64,000 nt of DNA, from NCBI RefSeq assembly GCF_006345805.1, contig NC_043019.1, positions 30,193,360 to 30,257,359 of the forward strand, in the 5' to 3' direction. A program made the translations under genes and the position numbers. This document shows positions 36,780 through 50,200 of the stretch, in pieces (within the stretch, counting starts at the first letter, position 1; each line of letters begins with the position of its first letter). The notes below the pieces were generated by a model. That model saw only the letters and a program-made list of their open reading frames with translations, was not told the origin of the DNA and searched no databases. The DNA comes from Octopus sinensis. Lineage: Eukaryota.

Positions 36780-37250
36780 GTAATTATTGTTATTGTATAT
36801 TCTGTACTACTTTAAAGGGCCTTGTGGTTCTCGAGGAAGGAGAAGCAAAATATTTAGAGATTACACCTCGTTATTCTCACACCAGTTCTGATAATTGTGC
36901 ATCTTCTGTACAGCAACACACCTGTTTCTATCCTCATTCTTAATAACTCTCTCTCTCTCTCTCCTTCTCTGGCCAGGTAACTGTACCTCCTCCTCTACAG
37001 CATGACATCTGTATCTGTCTCTCTTATTTCTTTATTGCCCACAAGGGGCTAAACATAGAGGGGACAAACAAGGACAGACTAAGGGATTAAGTTGATTACA
37101 TCGACCCCAGTGGTACTTAATTCATCGACCCTGAAAGGATGAAAGGCAAAGTCGACCTCGGCGGAATTTGAACTCAGGACATAACAGCAGATGAAATACC
37201 ACTAAGCATTTTGCCCGGTGTGCTAACATAATTATATCAACCCCAATGCT

Positions 37251-37526
37251 TCATTATTTACATTATTTGCATTCGGCGGATATTTGTCCTAATCTTGTTT
37301 GTTGTTAACAAAACGTTTCGGCTGATATACCCTCCAGCTTTCTTCAGGTGTCTTGGGGAAATTTCGAACCTGGGTTCTCATTCCTCAGGTATTTTTCAGC
37401 GTCGTCATTGGTGTTGGCGGCTCCTCCTCCTCTGCTGCTGTTGTTCACTGCTTGGAATTGAACTCAGAATCTTGGGGTTAGTAGCCTGTGCTCTTAACCA
37501 CTATGCCATATGCCTGTGGGCATATG
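37251..37526 (-). mobile_element. tRNA-headed short element with hammerhead-containing tail, copy 1
   Basis: Minus strand: TGGCATAGTGGTTAAG (A box), GAGTTCAATTCC (B box), linker, then AGACAC-CTGAAGA-A-agctgg..tcagcc-GAAA-CGTT. Confidence 0.75.
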
Positions 37527-38245
37527 CTTATCTGTTACTTATTTTATCAAACTCTATCAAATACTAGAATGTTCATCTGTGACCATTTCTTTTTTTTTTT
37601 TATTACTTTATTTCAAATTTCAAATCTTAACCATTTTGCTGCAGAAACTAAATATATCCACTCCAAATTTCATTACCCTGGAAAGCAGTTTTATATCCCA
37701 ATCTGTATTTTATTGGAACTATTTTCTATTGTGTGAAGGCACATGGCTCAATGGTTGGAGCATCAAGCTTACAATTGTGAGGTTGTGAGTTTGATTCCCA
37801 GACTGGGCTGCGTGTTGTGTTCTTGAGCAAGACACTTTATTTCATGTTGCTCCAGTTCACTCAGCTGTAGAAATGAGTTGCGACATCACTGGTGCCAAGC
37901 TGTATTAGCCTTTACCTTTCTCTTGGATAACATCAGTGGCATGGAGAGGAGAGGCTGGTATGCATGGGCAACTGCTGGCCTTCCATTAACAACCTTGCCC
38001 GAACTTGTACCTCTGAGGGTAAATTTCTTGTACCTCTGAGGGTAAATCCCATGGTCATTCAAGACCGAAGGGGGTCTCCCATTTTCTATTGAAATACATC
38101 AAATTCATTGAGGCAAAGTGACTGGCAGAGAATACCAATTCTAATTTTTTTAGTAGATATTTAGCATCATTACTGGAAGAATAACCATGAAATTTAATTT
38201 TGTAATTTAAGAGTTAACGAGTTTTAAAATCTTTTCTTCCCACAG

Positions 38246-38419
38246 CTATTGGCCAAGCAACACAGTTAGCTCTATCTATTTCAAGATATCCACAAGTGTG
38301 TCTTCAAGCTGATCGCAGATCTGCATATTATTCTTGCTATGATGCCACATCCCGACAAGAAGCTTTACAGTATGAATTCCTCAATGGAAGAGATGTCTTA
38401 ACGGTGGAATCTATAAAAG
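38246..38419 (+). CDS. Enoyl-CoA hydratase-like gene, exon 6
   Basis: cccacAG acceptor, G|GTTAAT donor; AIGQATQLALSISRYPQVCLQADRRSAYYSCYDATSRQEALQYEFLNGRDVLTVESIK, phases consistent with both neighbours (not in the ORF track). Confidence 0.93.
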
Positions 38420-38494
38420 GTTAATTTTTGAACTAGTCTTTGCTTTGTTTATATTTAGTTATTTTGTTGTCTTTGTTTATATTTTATATCATTA

Positions 38495-38897
38495 TCAGCA
38501 GTATCGCCCAGCGTTGCTCAGGTTTGTTTCAAATATGCTCAGGTTTGTTTTCAAAAATTGGAATTTTTGAAAAGTAAAAATTTTGCATTATGTAGCTTGT
38601 TATTCTCTTTAAGTGAACATTTTTCTGGTTGAAATACACCAAAAAATGGCGATACAGCAGTCAAAAAATCGTAAAAAATAGGGATTTTCATAGAAAAAAA
38701 GCACCTTTTTGATGTAAATAATTTTTGATGTTAACATAGTCCGATTTGAATGTTTTCTTCTACGGAATGAAGAGCAAACCTTCTTCTATCATACTCTCGA
38801 TTTTGGTCAACTTGCACTGCAGGGTCTCGGAGGAGATAGTGTTAGTTGAAGGCTACCAAACCTGCCACACACAGACAACTTCAGCTTTATATATAGA
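38495..38897 (-). mobile_element. Non-autonomous Helitron-like element (same family as 1393-1748)
   Basis: High similarity to 1393-1748 along its length; 3' CTAG and hairpin slightly decayed. Confidence 0.8.
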
Positions 38898-39114
38898 TTT
38901 GTGAATGATGGTATCACTGTGTACATCTTTCCAATAGGTCAATCATTGGTTCATTACTGACCAAAAGAAAGGGACTTAGTTTGAAAAGCCCTGGCTTTTC
39001 ACTTTTCTTAACATGTTGATAGCTTTTATTGATATACATTGGTGACATACTTATACATGCATGCATGCTCACACACACGTACGCACACCAAATGAGTAGC
39101 ATCTCCAGCAGTCA

Positions 39115-39560
39115 CCTAATTGTTTCTCCAATATCTGATGGGAATATTATAGGTACCTGGGGGTAGATGAAAACATATCTTATGATGGTGTCTGCAACAA
39201 GGACCCTGTCACTAAAGAATATAACAGCTGGATTAGAAAAATATGGACCTTGGAACTCTCTTCATTCAATAAAACAGTGGCCTACAATGCATCTTAGTAC
39301 TCACCATTTGGGCCACTTGATTGGATGCTTGATGAGATCGAAGCCATTGATGTGAAAACCTGGAAGATACTGACCAGCATAAATTAATTTTCACATCAAC
39401 AGTGATGTAAACTGCATCTATCTAAAAAGAATGCAAGGAGACATAATCTTAACATCAATCCAGACTGCTTTTGAATATCACATCATATCTCTTCTGCAAC
39501 ATCTTTTAACCACCAAGAGTTGAAGTGCATCCCCTGATCGGGCTTGCATACATGTGGCAG
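39115..39560 (+). mobile_element. R4/Dong-like reverse transcriptase fragment (decayed)
   Basis: YYRYLGVDENISYDG..NKDPVTKEY..WIRKIWTLELSSFNK...LDW.LDEIEAIDVKT.K.L..FHINSDV..IYLKR.QG. Confidence 0.7.
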
Positions 39561-39902
39561 ATAACATTACGAGACTACCAATGTCACCTTACTAGCACTT
39601 GTGCCAGTGGCACATGAAAAGCATTCGAGCGAGGTCGTTGCCATTGCCACTGGACTGGCTCCTGTGCAGGTGGCACATAAAAAACAACATTTGAGCATGG
39701 CTGTTGCCAGTACCGCTTTACTGGCTCTCATGCCGGCGGCACGTAAAAGCACCTACCACGCTCTTAGAGTGGTTGGCGTTAGGAAGGGCATCCAGCTGTA
39801 GAAACTCTGCCAGATCAGATTGGAGCTATCTGGGTGCAAGTCCTCAGTCAAATCGTCCAACCCATACTAGCATGGAAAGTGGATGTTAAACAATGATGAT
39901 GA

Positions 39903-40119
39903 TTCAGGTCACTGCCTGGAATTGAACTCGGAATCTTGGGGTTAGTAGCCTGCGTGCTTAACCACTATGCCATATGCCCGTGGGCATAACTTAGGAATGA
40001 GAACCCAGGTTTGAAATTTCCCCAAGACACCTGATGAAGGCTGGAGGGTATACCAGCCGAAACTTTGTGTTGACAACAAACAAGATGAGGACAAATATTT
40101 GTCAAAAGTAAATAATGTA
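39903..40119. mobile_element. tRNA-headed hammerhead element, copy 2 (head inverted relative to tail)
   Basis: Head on the minus strand at 39903-39988, tail on the plus strand at 39990-40119 with CTGATGA at 40031 and GAAA at 40059. Confidence 0.75.
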
Positions 40120-40174
40120 TTTTGTAAATTAGTTCATTAATTGATTGATTGATTTGTTTATCTATTGTTGATAG

Positions 40175-40242
40175 GTGCCCAGAAATTTGTTGAAGGTTAT
40201 GGAAAACACGGTGCTTTTGATACGGAAAACAAAGAGAAATGA
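40175..40242 (+). CDS. Enoyl-CoA hydratase-like gene, last coding exon
   Basis: ttgatAG acceptor; GAQKFVEGYGKHGAFDTENKEK then TGA. The seven exons sum to 939 nt (312 aa + stop). Confidence 0.92.
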
Positions 40243-40542
40243 AAACCTGATTTTGTATATAAGTGGTTTTGGAGAATTTTTTTTTTTTGCTGAAGTGATT
40301 TGCCTGACATCAAAACCAACAACTGTTATATCTAACCAAAGGATATCGTTCTTCCTCCACACTGCCAGTCCAAGAGAGTTCTCCAGGAGAATCATCATTG
40401 ATTCAGCAATTCATACTGTATTGATATTTGATGCAGTGTGTGTGTGTGTGTGTATAAACAACGCATTATAATGTGCAGGCTCCCGATTCTGGGCTACGGT
40501 TCATTGTTTTAGATTCCTCCAATTCATACTGTATTTGATGCA

Positions 40543-40573
<31 letters not shown>

Positions 40574-40841
40574 TGCATAAACTATGCATTATAATGTGTA
40601 AGCTCCAGATCCCGGGCCACAGTTCATCCTTTTAGATTCCTCCAACAGTCTGAACTAAATTAAAAGACAAAAGCTTTCAGATTTTGCTTCCTAGTGGAGG
40701 TCTGTGCTTCCCCAGTTGATTGAACGTCCTTGTTTATTGGAGTATTTTCAATGATTGATTTTCCCATGGAGGTTTGAGAGAGACGCCATAAGCCGTTGAC
40801 TTGTTAATATTGCCTTTATTTTTAAAGTTTTTTTTTCCTAA

Positions 40842-40847
40842 AATAAA
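40842..40847 (+). promoter_or_regulatory. Probable polyadenylation signal of the enoyl-CoA hydratase-like gene
   Basis: AATAAA 600 nt after the stop, followed by a GT/T-rich tract (ctgttgtttttccttttt). Confidence 0.6.
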
Positions 40848-42169
40848 ATGCTTTTTTATAGCTTATGATGCTGTTGTTTTTCCTTTTTTTTTTCCTGTTT
40901 TGTTTTTAACTACTTATTCAGTGGGTGCGGATCAGCAACTTTAATAGTTTCCCAGAGCCTCTGTGAGTATTGGATGGACGAAAGAAAGTTATTCTGAGTC
41001 TAGAGATTTGACAGAAATACTTGCAACAGAGTGGACTCTATTAAATGCACCTGAAAGTCAGGTGAAACATTTGCATTTATTTTTGTGATTGTGTGGTAAG
41101 ATGTTTACTTCCCAATTACATGTTTCTGGGTTCAGTCCTTCTGCATGGCAGCTTGGTCAAGTGTCTTATACTATAGTCCTGGAACAACCAAAGCCTTGTG
41201 AGTAGTTTTTAGTAGAGGAAAACTGAAAGAAGCCTGTCTTATATACAAGTCATCCTCAACTTATGACCGATTGACTTTATGACGATTGGCGCACCAGCTT
41301 CCGGCAGCAATAATACACAGTTCAGTTGAAATCTAATGGGTTTAATCTCTTAGAAATTAACCTGTCTATGGGTGATGTTAGTTAATAAACACTTCCCCTA
41401 GGTTTGGTTATCAATCCGCCACTATGGTTATCCAAAGTACTTATTCTATCATTCTCTTTTGGTTGTCAAGCGATGTTGGGGGGGCAAACACAGACACATA
41501 CATATATATGTATACATGTATACGACGGGCTTCTTTCAGTTTCCGTCTACCAAATCCACTCACAAAGCTATGGTCGGGCCGAGGCTATAGTAGAAGACAC
41601 TTGCCCAAGGTGCCATGCAGCGGGACTGAACCCGGAACCATGTGGTTGGTAAGCAAGCTACTTACCACACAGTCACTCCTATGCCTATGCGTAAGTTGAC
41701 AACCTGTATATATATATGTATATATATATTGAATAGAGAGATATACGTATGCATGTGTGTGTTGCCTTGTATTACTATCACGTGATAGTTGTAAAATGGT
41801 TGTCATTGTCATACAAGCAGTGTCACTCATTTTAATATTCTATGCAAAGCATCTCTGGCCATGGGGTAATATTACCTTTCTTGGAAACAGGTGAGGGTTG
41901 GCAACAGGAAGGGCATCTGGCCATAGAATATCTGCCTCAATAAACTTTGACACATGCAAGCATGGAAAAATGGTCATCAGAATGATGATGGCAGCGTTGA
42001 CAGCATGGTGGTGGAAGGAAGGAAGGAGCCATGGTCTTTGCAGAGCCTCCAAGACTGGTGAAATTGATTCCATTTACTGTTCAGCTTAAACTGATGCAAG
42101 TCAACACCTGCAGCAAAAACATGAACAAAGAATGGGCACTTTTATGTGCCACTGGAACAGGTGCCATTT

Positions 42170-42395
42170 GTAGGAGAGTCCAGTTTGCTGGACATTGTTG
42201 TAGAGCTGAAAACGAGGCAATTTCTACTCTTCTCCTCTGGAAGCCATCTACTCGCGATACCAGAGGGCACATACTCTCTTACCCTGATGTAATCGCCAGG
42301 GATACAGGCATTCAGCAATAGGACCTCCGTAATGCTATGATGGTCCGTGAAGTCTGGCGTAGCATAGTAAATTCCATTGTCTCGACCACGGTGTC
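42170..42395 (+). mobile_element. Non-LTR retrotransposon ORF C-terminus (RTE-group-like)
   Basis: RRVQFAGHCCRAENEAISTLLLWKPS...LSYPDVIARDTG...LRNAMMVREVWR. Confidence 0.65.
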
Positions 42396-42831
42396 ACACA
42401 AATGATGATTCAGGTTACTGCCTGGAATTGAACTCAGAATCTTGGGGTTAGTAGCCATTTGTGTGACACCAGAATCTGCCATGACTGTGATTTTACTGGC
42501 TTGATGGGTCTTCTTCTCAAGCACGGCATAATGCCAAGGGTCTCAGTCATTTGTCATTGCCTTTGTGAGGCCCAACACCCCAAACACTCGAAAGTCGTTT
42601 CATATCTGTTTTAATAAGCAGTTTTCTTTTATTGGTTTCAGTCATTTGACCACAGCCATGCTGGAGCATCACCTTGAAGTGTTTTTGCTGAACAAAATTC
42701 GACTCCAGGACTTAGTTTTTAAGCTCAGTACTCTTTGCCGAACTGCTAAGTTATGGGGACATAAGCACACCAACACTGGTTGTCAAGTGATGATGGGGGT
42801 GGGGGGAAAACACAAAGACACACACATACAA

Positions 42832-42863
<32 letters not shown>

Positions 42864-43432
42864 ATACATATGTATATATATATACACAATCGGCTTCTTT
42901 CAGTTTCCATCTATGAAATCTACTCTTAATGCTTTGGTTAGTCCAAGGCTATAGTAGAAGACACTTGCCCAAGGTATCCCGCAGTGGGACTGAACCTGGA
43001 ACCATGAGGTTGGGAAGCAAGCTTCTTACCACACAGCCTTATACATACTTTTTTTTCCAATGTATTATATTTAATTTCAACTTCAGTATTAATTTTTAGG
43101 TGTTTCTTTTTAAAATTTTTTTTATGCTTTTAAATATATTCATAGAAATCAATGTAAAGGTGGATAAATTGACTGAAGTTGAGGTTTATTTTTCCATTAA
43201 TTTCTTTAAAAAAAATTACCTAAAGTTGAAAAAGACATAACTCGAAATGATATTTGCTCCATTTGAAGTCTTGTTGTTATAAAAAGAAATTTCTCTTTCA
43301 TATCTAACCATGTGGTTCAGGTTCAGTCCACTGTATAGTGCCTTGGGCAAGTGTCTTCTACTATAACCCTGGACCAACCAAAGGCCTATGAGTAGATTTG
43401 GTGGAGAGAAACTAAGTCTGTCATGATATATG

Positions 43433-44410
43433 TGAGGTCTGACCAATAGGTATCCGGATTGTTGCCATAGTGATAAAGCTAAAGCATGCAGAGAGAAGCT
43501 GCTTGGTACAGATTGGCCTTGAACTCTGTTGTGCATACTCACTAAGTTTTAACGTTCTAGCTCGCTTCAGCTGTTTACAGCAGTGCTTAGAAGGAAGGTG
43601 TGTAGCGTGTGATTATTGCATTGACCATGACAGAGGAAGTTGTCATGGCAATATCTGCCCAGAGGCCTTCGTAAAGTTGTAGAAAGTGTATGGAGAGGAG
43701 TGTATGAGCTGCACACAAGTGTATGAGTGATTCAGACGTTTCCAAGAGGGCCTAAAAAATGTTGATATTGACAAACGTTCTGGGAGACCCCCAACCAGCA
43801 GAATTGAGAAAAAAGATCACAGATGTGCGTGCAATTGTGAGGGGAAATCGCCGAATCAGCATCCGTGAGTTTTCAGAGGATGTGCAGATTAGTTACGGTT
43901 CAGTTCAGTCTATTATCACTGAAGATTTGGCTGTGAGACGCGAACAATTGACGAACTTGTTGATATGAATGGTGTGTCCTGAAGCTCCTGCCAACGAATT
44001 TTGAGCGAGTAATTCCGAATGAAAAGAGGTACAGCAAGATTTGGGCTTCATTTACTCACGGAAGATCGAAAGCAGTCATGACTGAATGCGTGTTGCGAAC
44101 TGAAAGAACAGCTGGAAGTTGATCTTGCTCCCCGAGACTTTTCTTTTTTTTTTTTTTTTTGTTACCCCGAATGAAAAGAAGTCCTTAAAAGAAAACTTTT
44201 TGCAGATGTGAAAAAGGTGAAAAAAAAGACGACGGAAGTGTTAAAAGGCGTCACTTCGCAAGAGTTCCAGGACTGCTTCCGACAGTGGAAAACGCGTCTG
44301 GACCGATGCATTGCTTCAAATGGAGAATACTTCGAAAGCGGTAAAAATGTAAACACGTAAAATTAAGTGAACAACATATTGCAAAATTCCGGTTTCTTTT
44401 GGGTACCTCT
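43433..44410 (+). mobile_element. Mariner transposase relics (N-terminal and C-terminal pieces)
   Basis: KVYGEECMS.TQVYE*FRRFQEG..DKRSGRP..VRAIVRGNRRISIRE, and DLAPRDF..FQDCFRQWKTRLDRCIASNGEYFE; the two ends do not match each other. Confidence 0.85.
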
Positions 44411-45311
44411 TTGTTGGAATAAACTGCCTGCATCAGTTGTTGACTGCCACGACACTGCATCCTTTAAGGCCCTCATGCTTTCCGAAATCCGCCGAAACTA
44501 CACCTGATTATATATACAGTTTAGATGAGTTGTAGTGCACCTGAGCACTGTACACAATGTTTTATTATTATTATTATTATTTTATACATTCAATCACACA
44601 TCTTTATTTAAAACAGAACCTTCTCCCCTCTCTCCACCCATCTCACTATCTCTTTCTCCTTCACCGTTTCCCCCTCTCCCTTCCACAATCACGTCCAGGT
44701 AGACTGCTGCCACCTGAATTCTGACATGCAGGACACAAATTTAAAAAAGACGAATGTAAGGGACATAACTCTAAATAGTCTTGCATTCAAATTATGGAAC
44801 TAGTAGTTCAATAATGCAAACGTTATTAATATCATGGTTGAAAAACGCATGTGGGTAACCTTAATATTATTTATTTATTGCTGTATTTTATTCTTGGGTT
44901 TCGTTTCCCATTTTTTTTTTTTACATCTCTGAGACTTGTACACCAGGTGTCGTGTTTTCAGACCTCCCAATACAAAAGAGACCAAGCCATTTCTGCCACC
45001 TGTTAAAGTCACCCTTCCACACTTCAAAAGCTTTTTGATACGAAACTGTTTGCTAACATGACTTGGGAATTATGAAGCTAAATTTATAATACTGTATAAG
45101 TATATCCACTGTATATTACCTATTATACGAGAGCCGGCTTCGAATAGAAACCTTCTTGAAGGAAAAGTTGACTAGAGAGAAATTATAGAGAGGACACGTA
45201 GGATTTTCTACCCCACACGGTAAGTTCACCGTCATCTATTTTTTGTCGCTATTTCTAAGTAATACGGCGGAGGACTGGAATAGCACGCTCACATAACTGG
45301 CCCGCCCAAAT

Positions 45312-45725
45312 ATAATAATAATAATAATATTGTATACAGTGCTCAGGTGCACCACAACTTGTCAAACAGTGCGTATAGAGTATATGCAGTAATGTACAAA
45401 TGTCTGGAAAGCGAGCAGTGTATGAGTCAAATACATGCTTGTGTGTGAATAGAGGGGTGAAAATCAGGTGTAGTGTTGGCGAATCTCAGAAAGCATGGAA
45501 GTTTTGAAGGATGCAGTGCTCCGACAGATAACAACTGATGCCGGCAGTTTGTTCCATGCTTCAGCAACTCTTAGCGTGAAAAAAATGTTTCCGAAAGTCA
45601 TGGGAGCTGTGCTGTTTTCTGACTTGGTAAATATGTCCACGGGTGTTAGACAGGTGGAGTTTGAAAAGGTGCTCAGAGTTATTGTTTGTAAGACGGTTAA
45701 TAATTTTATGGGTGTCTGCCATATC
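45312..45725 (-). mobile_element. CR1-like LINE 3' end
   Basis: Homologous to 28277-28705; SNTRGH...DFRKHFFTLRVAEAWNKLPASVV. Confidence 0.8.
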
Positions 45726-46984
45726 TAAAGAAAAATCCTCAAGAAACCGAGAAAATTCAATTTATGTGGTCGTGCTATTCCAGACCTCCGCCAGTAATAC
45801 AACGCAGTCCAAACAACAATCTCTTTGGATTTTGTTTTATCGTGTATGAATGTGTGTATGCAACACATACACACAACATGTATATATATATATTTGTGTC
45901 CATGCATACGCATTCATCTCTGTGAAATTTATTTAAGAATCATTTAATTAGTTTAATGAATTTCAAATTTTCCTTCATTTTCAATTATGGCGTCACAATA
46001 TCGGAAACGCTTCTTTAGAACCTTGCATTCACTATATTTTTCAATCTTTTTCAACCTTTCGTCGTAATTAGAAGCTTGGGTAGAGGTGGAACATAGGGGC
46101 ACATCCAAACACCTAATGACTGGTGGGGAGCTAGAGTCATCTTCATCCCTCAAAATCACAACCTATAATTTCATGTAGATACGCATGCGTTAGACAAATA
46201 AAGAACAACATGCCTTCAAATCATACTCCTTCCTCATGTATAGACCTATATGTAAGATTGATCCAAATTTAAGTACACAAGACAGTAGCTAGACGTGTTA
46301 CAAATACTTCCGTCTCCCCCTTTTTTTAAGTACACACAGATATACTCAACTACTAGATATATCACAAGAATCTTCCTTAAATCGTACCTTGTGTCATATA
46401 TGTATACATGTATAAGCCACAAAGGTAGACTGCAATTTTGTAGCACAGTCTTTGAGAAATATCAGCTAATTCATCTTCAAATAACATTACAGCGTCTTGT
46501 GTAGCATATATATATTTCGTTTTTGGATTTGGTTTGCAAGATTCTTTATATGAGTTCGTGAGTTGAAGCATATTCTGTTGTGTCTGGGGAGAGTCATTCT
46601 CTTTTAGTGCCTTATTTAACACACTCACCGGTAAAATTTCCACTTATTTCTTATTTTTATTTTCTAAAATTTTCGTTGCGCCTTGTAACATTTTCAATAG
46701 TCTTGACTCTCTCTCTATATATATATGATCACAGGGAGAGGCAAACAATTATATATATATATGTTTTTAAAAGGCTCGCTTCGAGAGTTGCATTCCCTCG
46801 TGTTCGGTACAAAATGCGTTTATTATGGTAGTTTTGAATTTAAGAGTCCCTCCTAGCGTGAGGCATTTATGTATAGTAATGCCCTTAATATATATAAATA
46901 TATTTAAGGGAAATAATTACTAATTATTTCCCTTATGAGGTTCTTCACGCTAACTACTTGATAATTTCTTATAAAGATTTTATC

Positions 46985-47349
46985 AGGAGTCGCTATGTAG
47001 TAAGTAACTTGCTTACCAACCACATGGTTCTGGGTTCAGTCCCACTGCGTGACACCTTGGCTAAGTGTCTTCGATAGCCTCGGGCAGACCAAAGCCTTGT
47101 GAGTGGATTTGGTAGACGGAAACTGAAAGAAGCCCGTCGTATATATGTATGTGTGTGTATTTGCTTGTGTTTCTGTGTTTGTCCCCCCAACATCGCTTGA
47201 CAACCGATGCTAGTGTGTTTACGTCCCCGTAACTTAGCGGTTCGGCAAAAGAACCCGATAGAATAAGTCCTGGGGTCGATTTGCTCGACTGAAGGCGGTG
47301 CTTTAGCAAGACCACAGTCAAATGACTGAAACAAGTAAAAGAATAAAAG
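46985..47349 (+). mobile_element. SINE family A
   Basis: Same structure with a short internal deletion. Confidence 0.82.
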
Positions 47350-47790
47350 AAATATATATATATATATATTTTTTGTGTGTGTGAACTAAAGGAGCTTCTA
47401 TATCTATCACTGTAATGGACGGAGTTACTTCCCTTCAGTTGTAAGCTTGTTACTTTTACTTAACTAATCATCCGAAAGGATGAAAGGCAAAGTCGACCTC
47501 GACGGAATTTGAACTCAGAACGTAGCGGCAGACGAAATACCGCTAAGCATTTCGCCAGCGGTAAACGTTTCTGCCAGCTCGCCGCCTTCTTACCACACAA
47601 TCGCACCGGTTGTTATAGTATAATATAACATGGTATCAGAATAAGGTAACCTCTTATCACAAAAGGAAGAAGGCTCAAACACACAATTACTGCAGTAATC
47701 CCTTGCCATATTGTGGTTCACCGACCACGGTTTATTATGTAAGCTTGCGTCTGTTCCTCTGAGGTGTTGTTTTGCATTTATAAAAAAATA

Positions 47791-48053
47791 TGGCGATCTT
47801 TCGATACTAGTGATATAACTCACTTATAAACCAAGTGGGTTTATTTACATTTCTGAAGATATATGTACATACATACACTGCGCACTGTAACCTTTTGTTT
47901 TAAAGGTACACTCACAAGATAAATGTCAACCCAGTGACCCCTGCTCACGATGTCACGCAGTGTATGTATGTACATATATATATCTTCAGAAATGTAAATA
48001 AACCCACGTGGTTTATAAGTGACAGTTATGTCACTAGTATTGAAAGATCGCCA
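47791..48053. repeat. Inverted repeat, arms about 92 bp, spacer about 73 bp
   Basis: TGGCGATCTTTCGATACTAGTG...CACTGCG and CGCAGTG...CACTAGTATTGAAAGATCGCCA. Confidence 0.88.
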
Positions 48054-49725
48054 AAAATATATATAAATTATAAAAATAGTAAAATATTATACAGTACTGT
48101 TTCTATTTCATGGATTTTCACCTGGAAGGTTTTGGAGCATAACACCCTCGATAGTCAAGGGGTTATTGTATTTCGTTCGGATGGACACCCCCATCCTCTT
48201 GTAGTGAATCAGATGTTTAAATTCTAGTTTTATAGATATTTCTTTCAAAATTCCTATTTTGTTTTTCATACATTCACTTGTGTAGGTTTGCAATATCACA
48301 CTCCGATGGAACGTGTTTCAGTGGCTGGAAATATGTCGAACTATGTTAAGCATTAGAGGAAGAACTTTAGTTGTTTCTTGCCATAAATACATCTGAAGCA
48401 GAAATTTCTTCATGGCCCTTAAAATACAACTATGGACCCCCTGATTTATTTACTACTATGCTTATGTGGACCCTAAAAAATTTTATATGGACCTCCATAT
48501 GCAAACCACTGTTGTAGACCATAGGTTTTTAGGATAGGTTTTCTTGAATACTGTAAATTGCCAATCATCTCGGTCCTCTGTGAAGCTCAACATCTTGAGA
48601 TAAGCCTTCACCACTTCGTCCTGTGTTAGTATAGGTCTCCACCTTCCATAAGTTCCAACTACATTTAGCAGTCAGCATTTCTTTGTATAGCTGTTCTCAT
48701 TCATACAAATAATTTTTTTTATTTCATCCTTTCCACCTTTATCTCTTACTACAGCTCTCTCTCCTATATACCTCTGACCTCCATCTCTGTCACTGTACAG
48801 TACGCTCACCCCACCCACCCACATCATCTCCATTTATTGCATAGACATCATCTGAGCAACTACTTTCATTATATGTTCTTATATTGTGGTTACCATATTT
48901 TCTTTCTTTCTTGACTTCCCTCCCACATAGCACTAAAACAGCATGCTTTATGAAAAGCTAACATTCAGTGGTCAGTCTCTTTCACATTTGTCAATGAAGT
49001 AATGAATCTTGCCAGGTTTTCATAAAATAATAATAATAATGAAATTATTGTATACAGTGTTCAGGTGCACCACAACTTGTCAAAAGTGTGTATAAAGCAT
49101 ATGCAGTAATGTACAAATGTCTGGAAAGTGAACAGTGTACGAGACAGATACATGCTTGTGTGTGTATGGAGGGGAGAAAATCAGGTGTAGTGTTGGCGAA
49201 TCTCAGGAAGCATGGAAGTTATGACGGATGCAGTGCTCCGACCTTGCATAACCATCATTTGTTGTAGTCAGCTGATTTCTTTCTTTTTGTGAAGAAGGTA
49301 CTTGATTGGGATTTCTTGCTCTTGCGCTGCATGTGGGTAACCTTCGAGGTTATAAGCATGCTGGTAATATATCAAGCATTAAGAGCAGCGAGCTGGCCGA
49401 GTTGTTAGCATACTGGGCAAAATGCTTAGGTGTGTTTCATCTGTCTTTATGTTCTGAGTTCAAATTCTGCCAAGGTCGACTTACCTTTCATCCTTTCAGG
49501 GTTGATGAAATAAGCCCCAATTGAGCACTGGGGTTAATGTAATTGACTTACCTCCACTCCCCAAAAATGTTGCACTTGTTCCAAAATTTGAAATCAATAT
49601 ATGTCAAGCTTTTTAGTGTGTTTTTATTCCTTCTATGATCTAAATTTTTTGTTTCAAATAGCAACACGTAATCTTCTTAGTGATCTGGTTTATTTTTTTA
49701 GAACAGGGGAAAAGAGGGCTTGTAT

Positions 49726-49775
<50 letters not shown>

Positions 49776-49804
49776 TATATATACACATATATACATACAT
49801 ACAT

Positions 49805-49956
49805 AGGCGTAGGAGTGGCTGTGTGGTAAGTAGCTTGCTTACGAACCACATAGTTCCAGGTTCAGTCCCACCGCGTGGCGCCTTGGGCAAGTGTCTTCTA
49901 CTCAGGCCAACCAAAGCCTTGTGAGTGGATTTGGTAGACAGAAACTGAAAGAAGCC

Positions 49957-50000
<44 letters not shown>

Positions 50001-50200
50001 GTGTGTCTGTGTTTGTCCCTTCAACATCGCTTGACAACCGATGGTGGTGTGTTTACATCCCCGTAACCTAGCAGTTTGGCTAAAGAGAGTGATTGAATAA
50101 ATACTAGGCTTACAAAGAATAAGTCCTGGGGTCGATTTGCTCGACTAAAGGTGGTGCTCCAGCATGGCCACAGTCAAATGACTAAAACAAGTAAAAGAGT
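49805..50200 (+). mobile_element. SINE family A
   Basis: Full-length copy; further partial or diverged copies near 16035, 26955, 28735, 33592, 41434, 42626, 53010, 62292. Confidence 0.85.
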
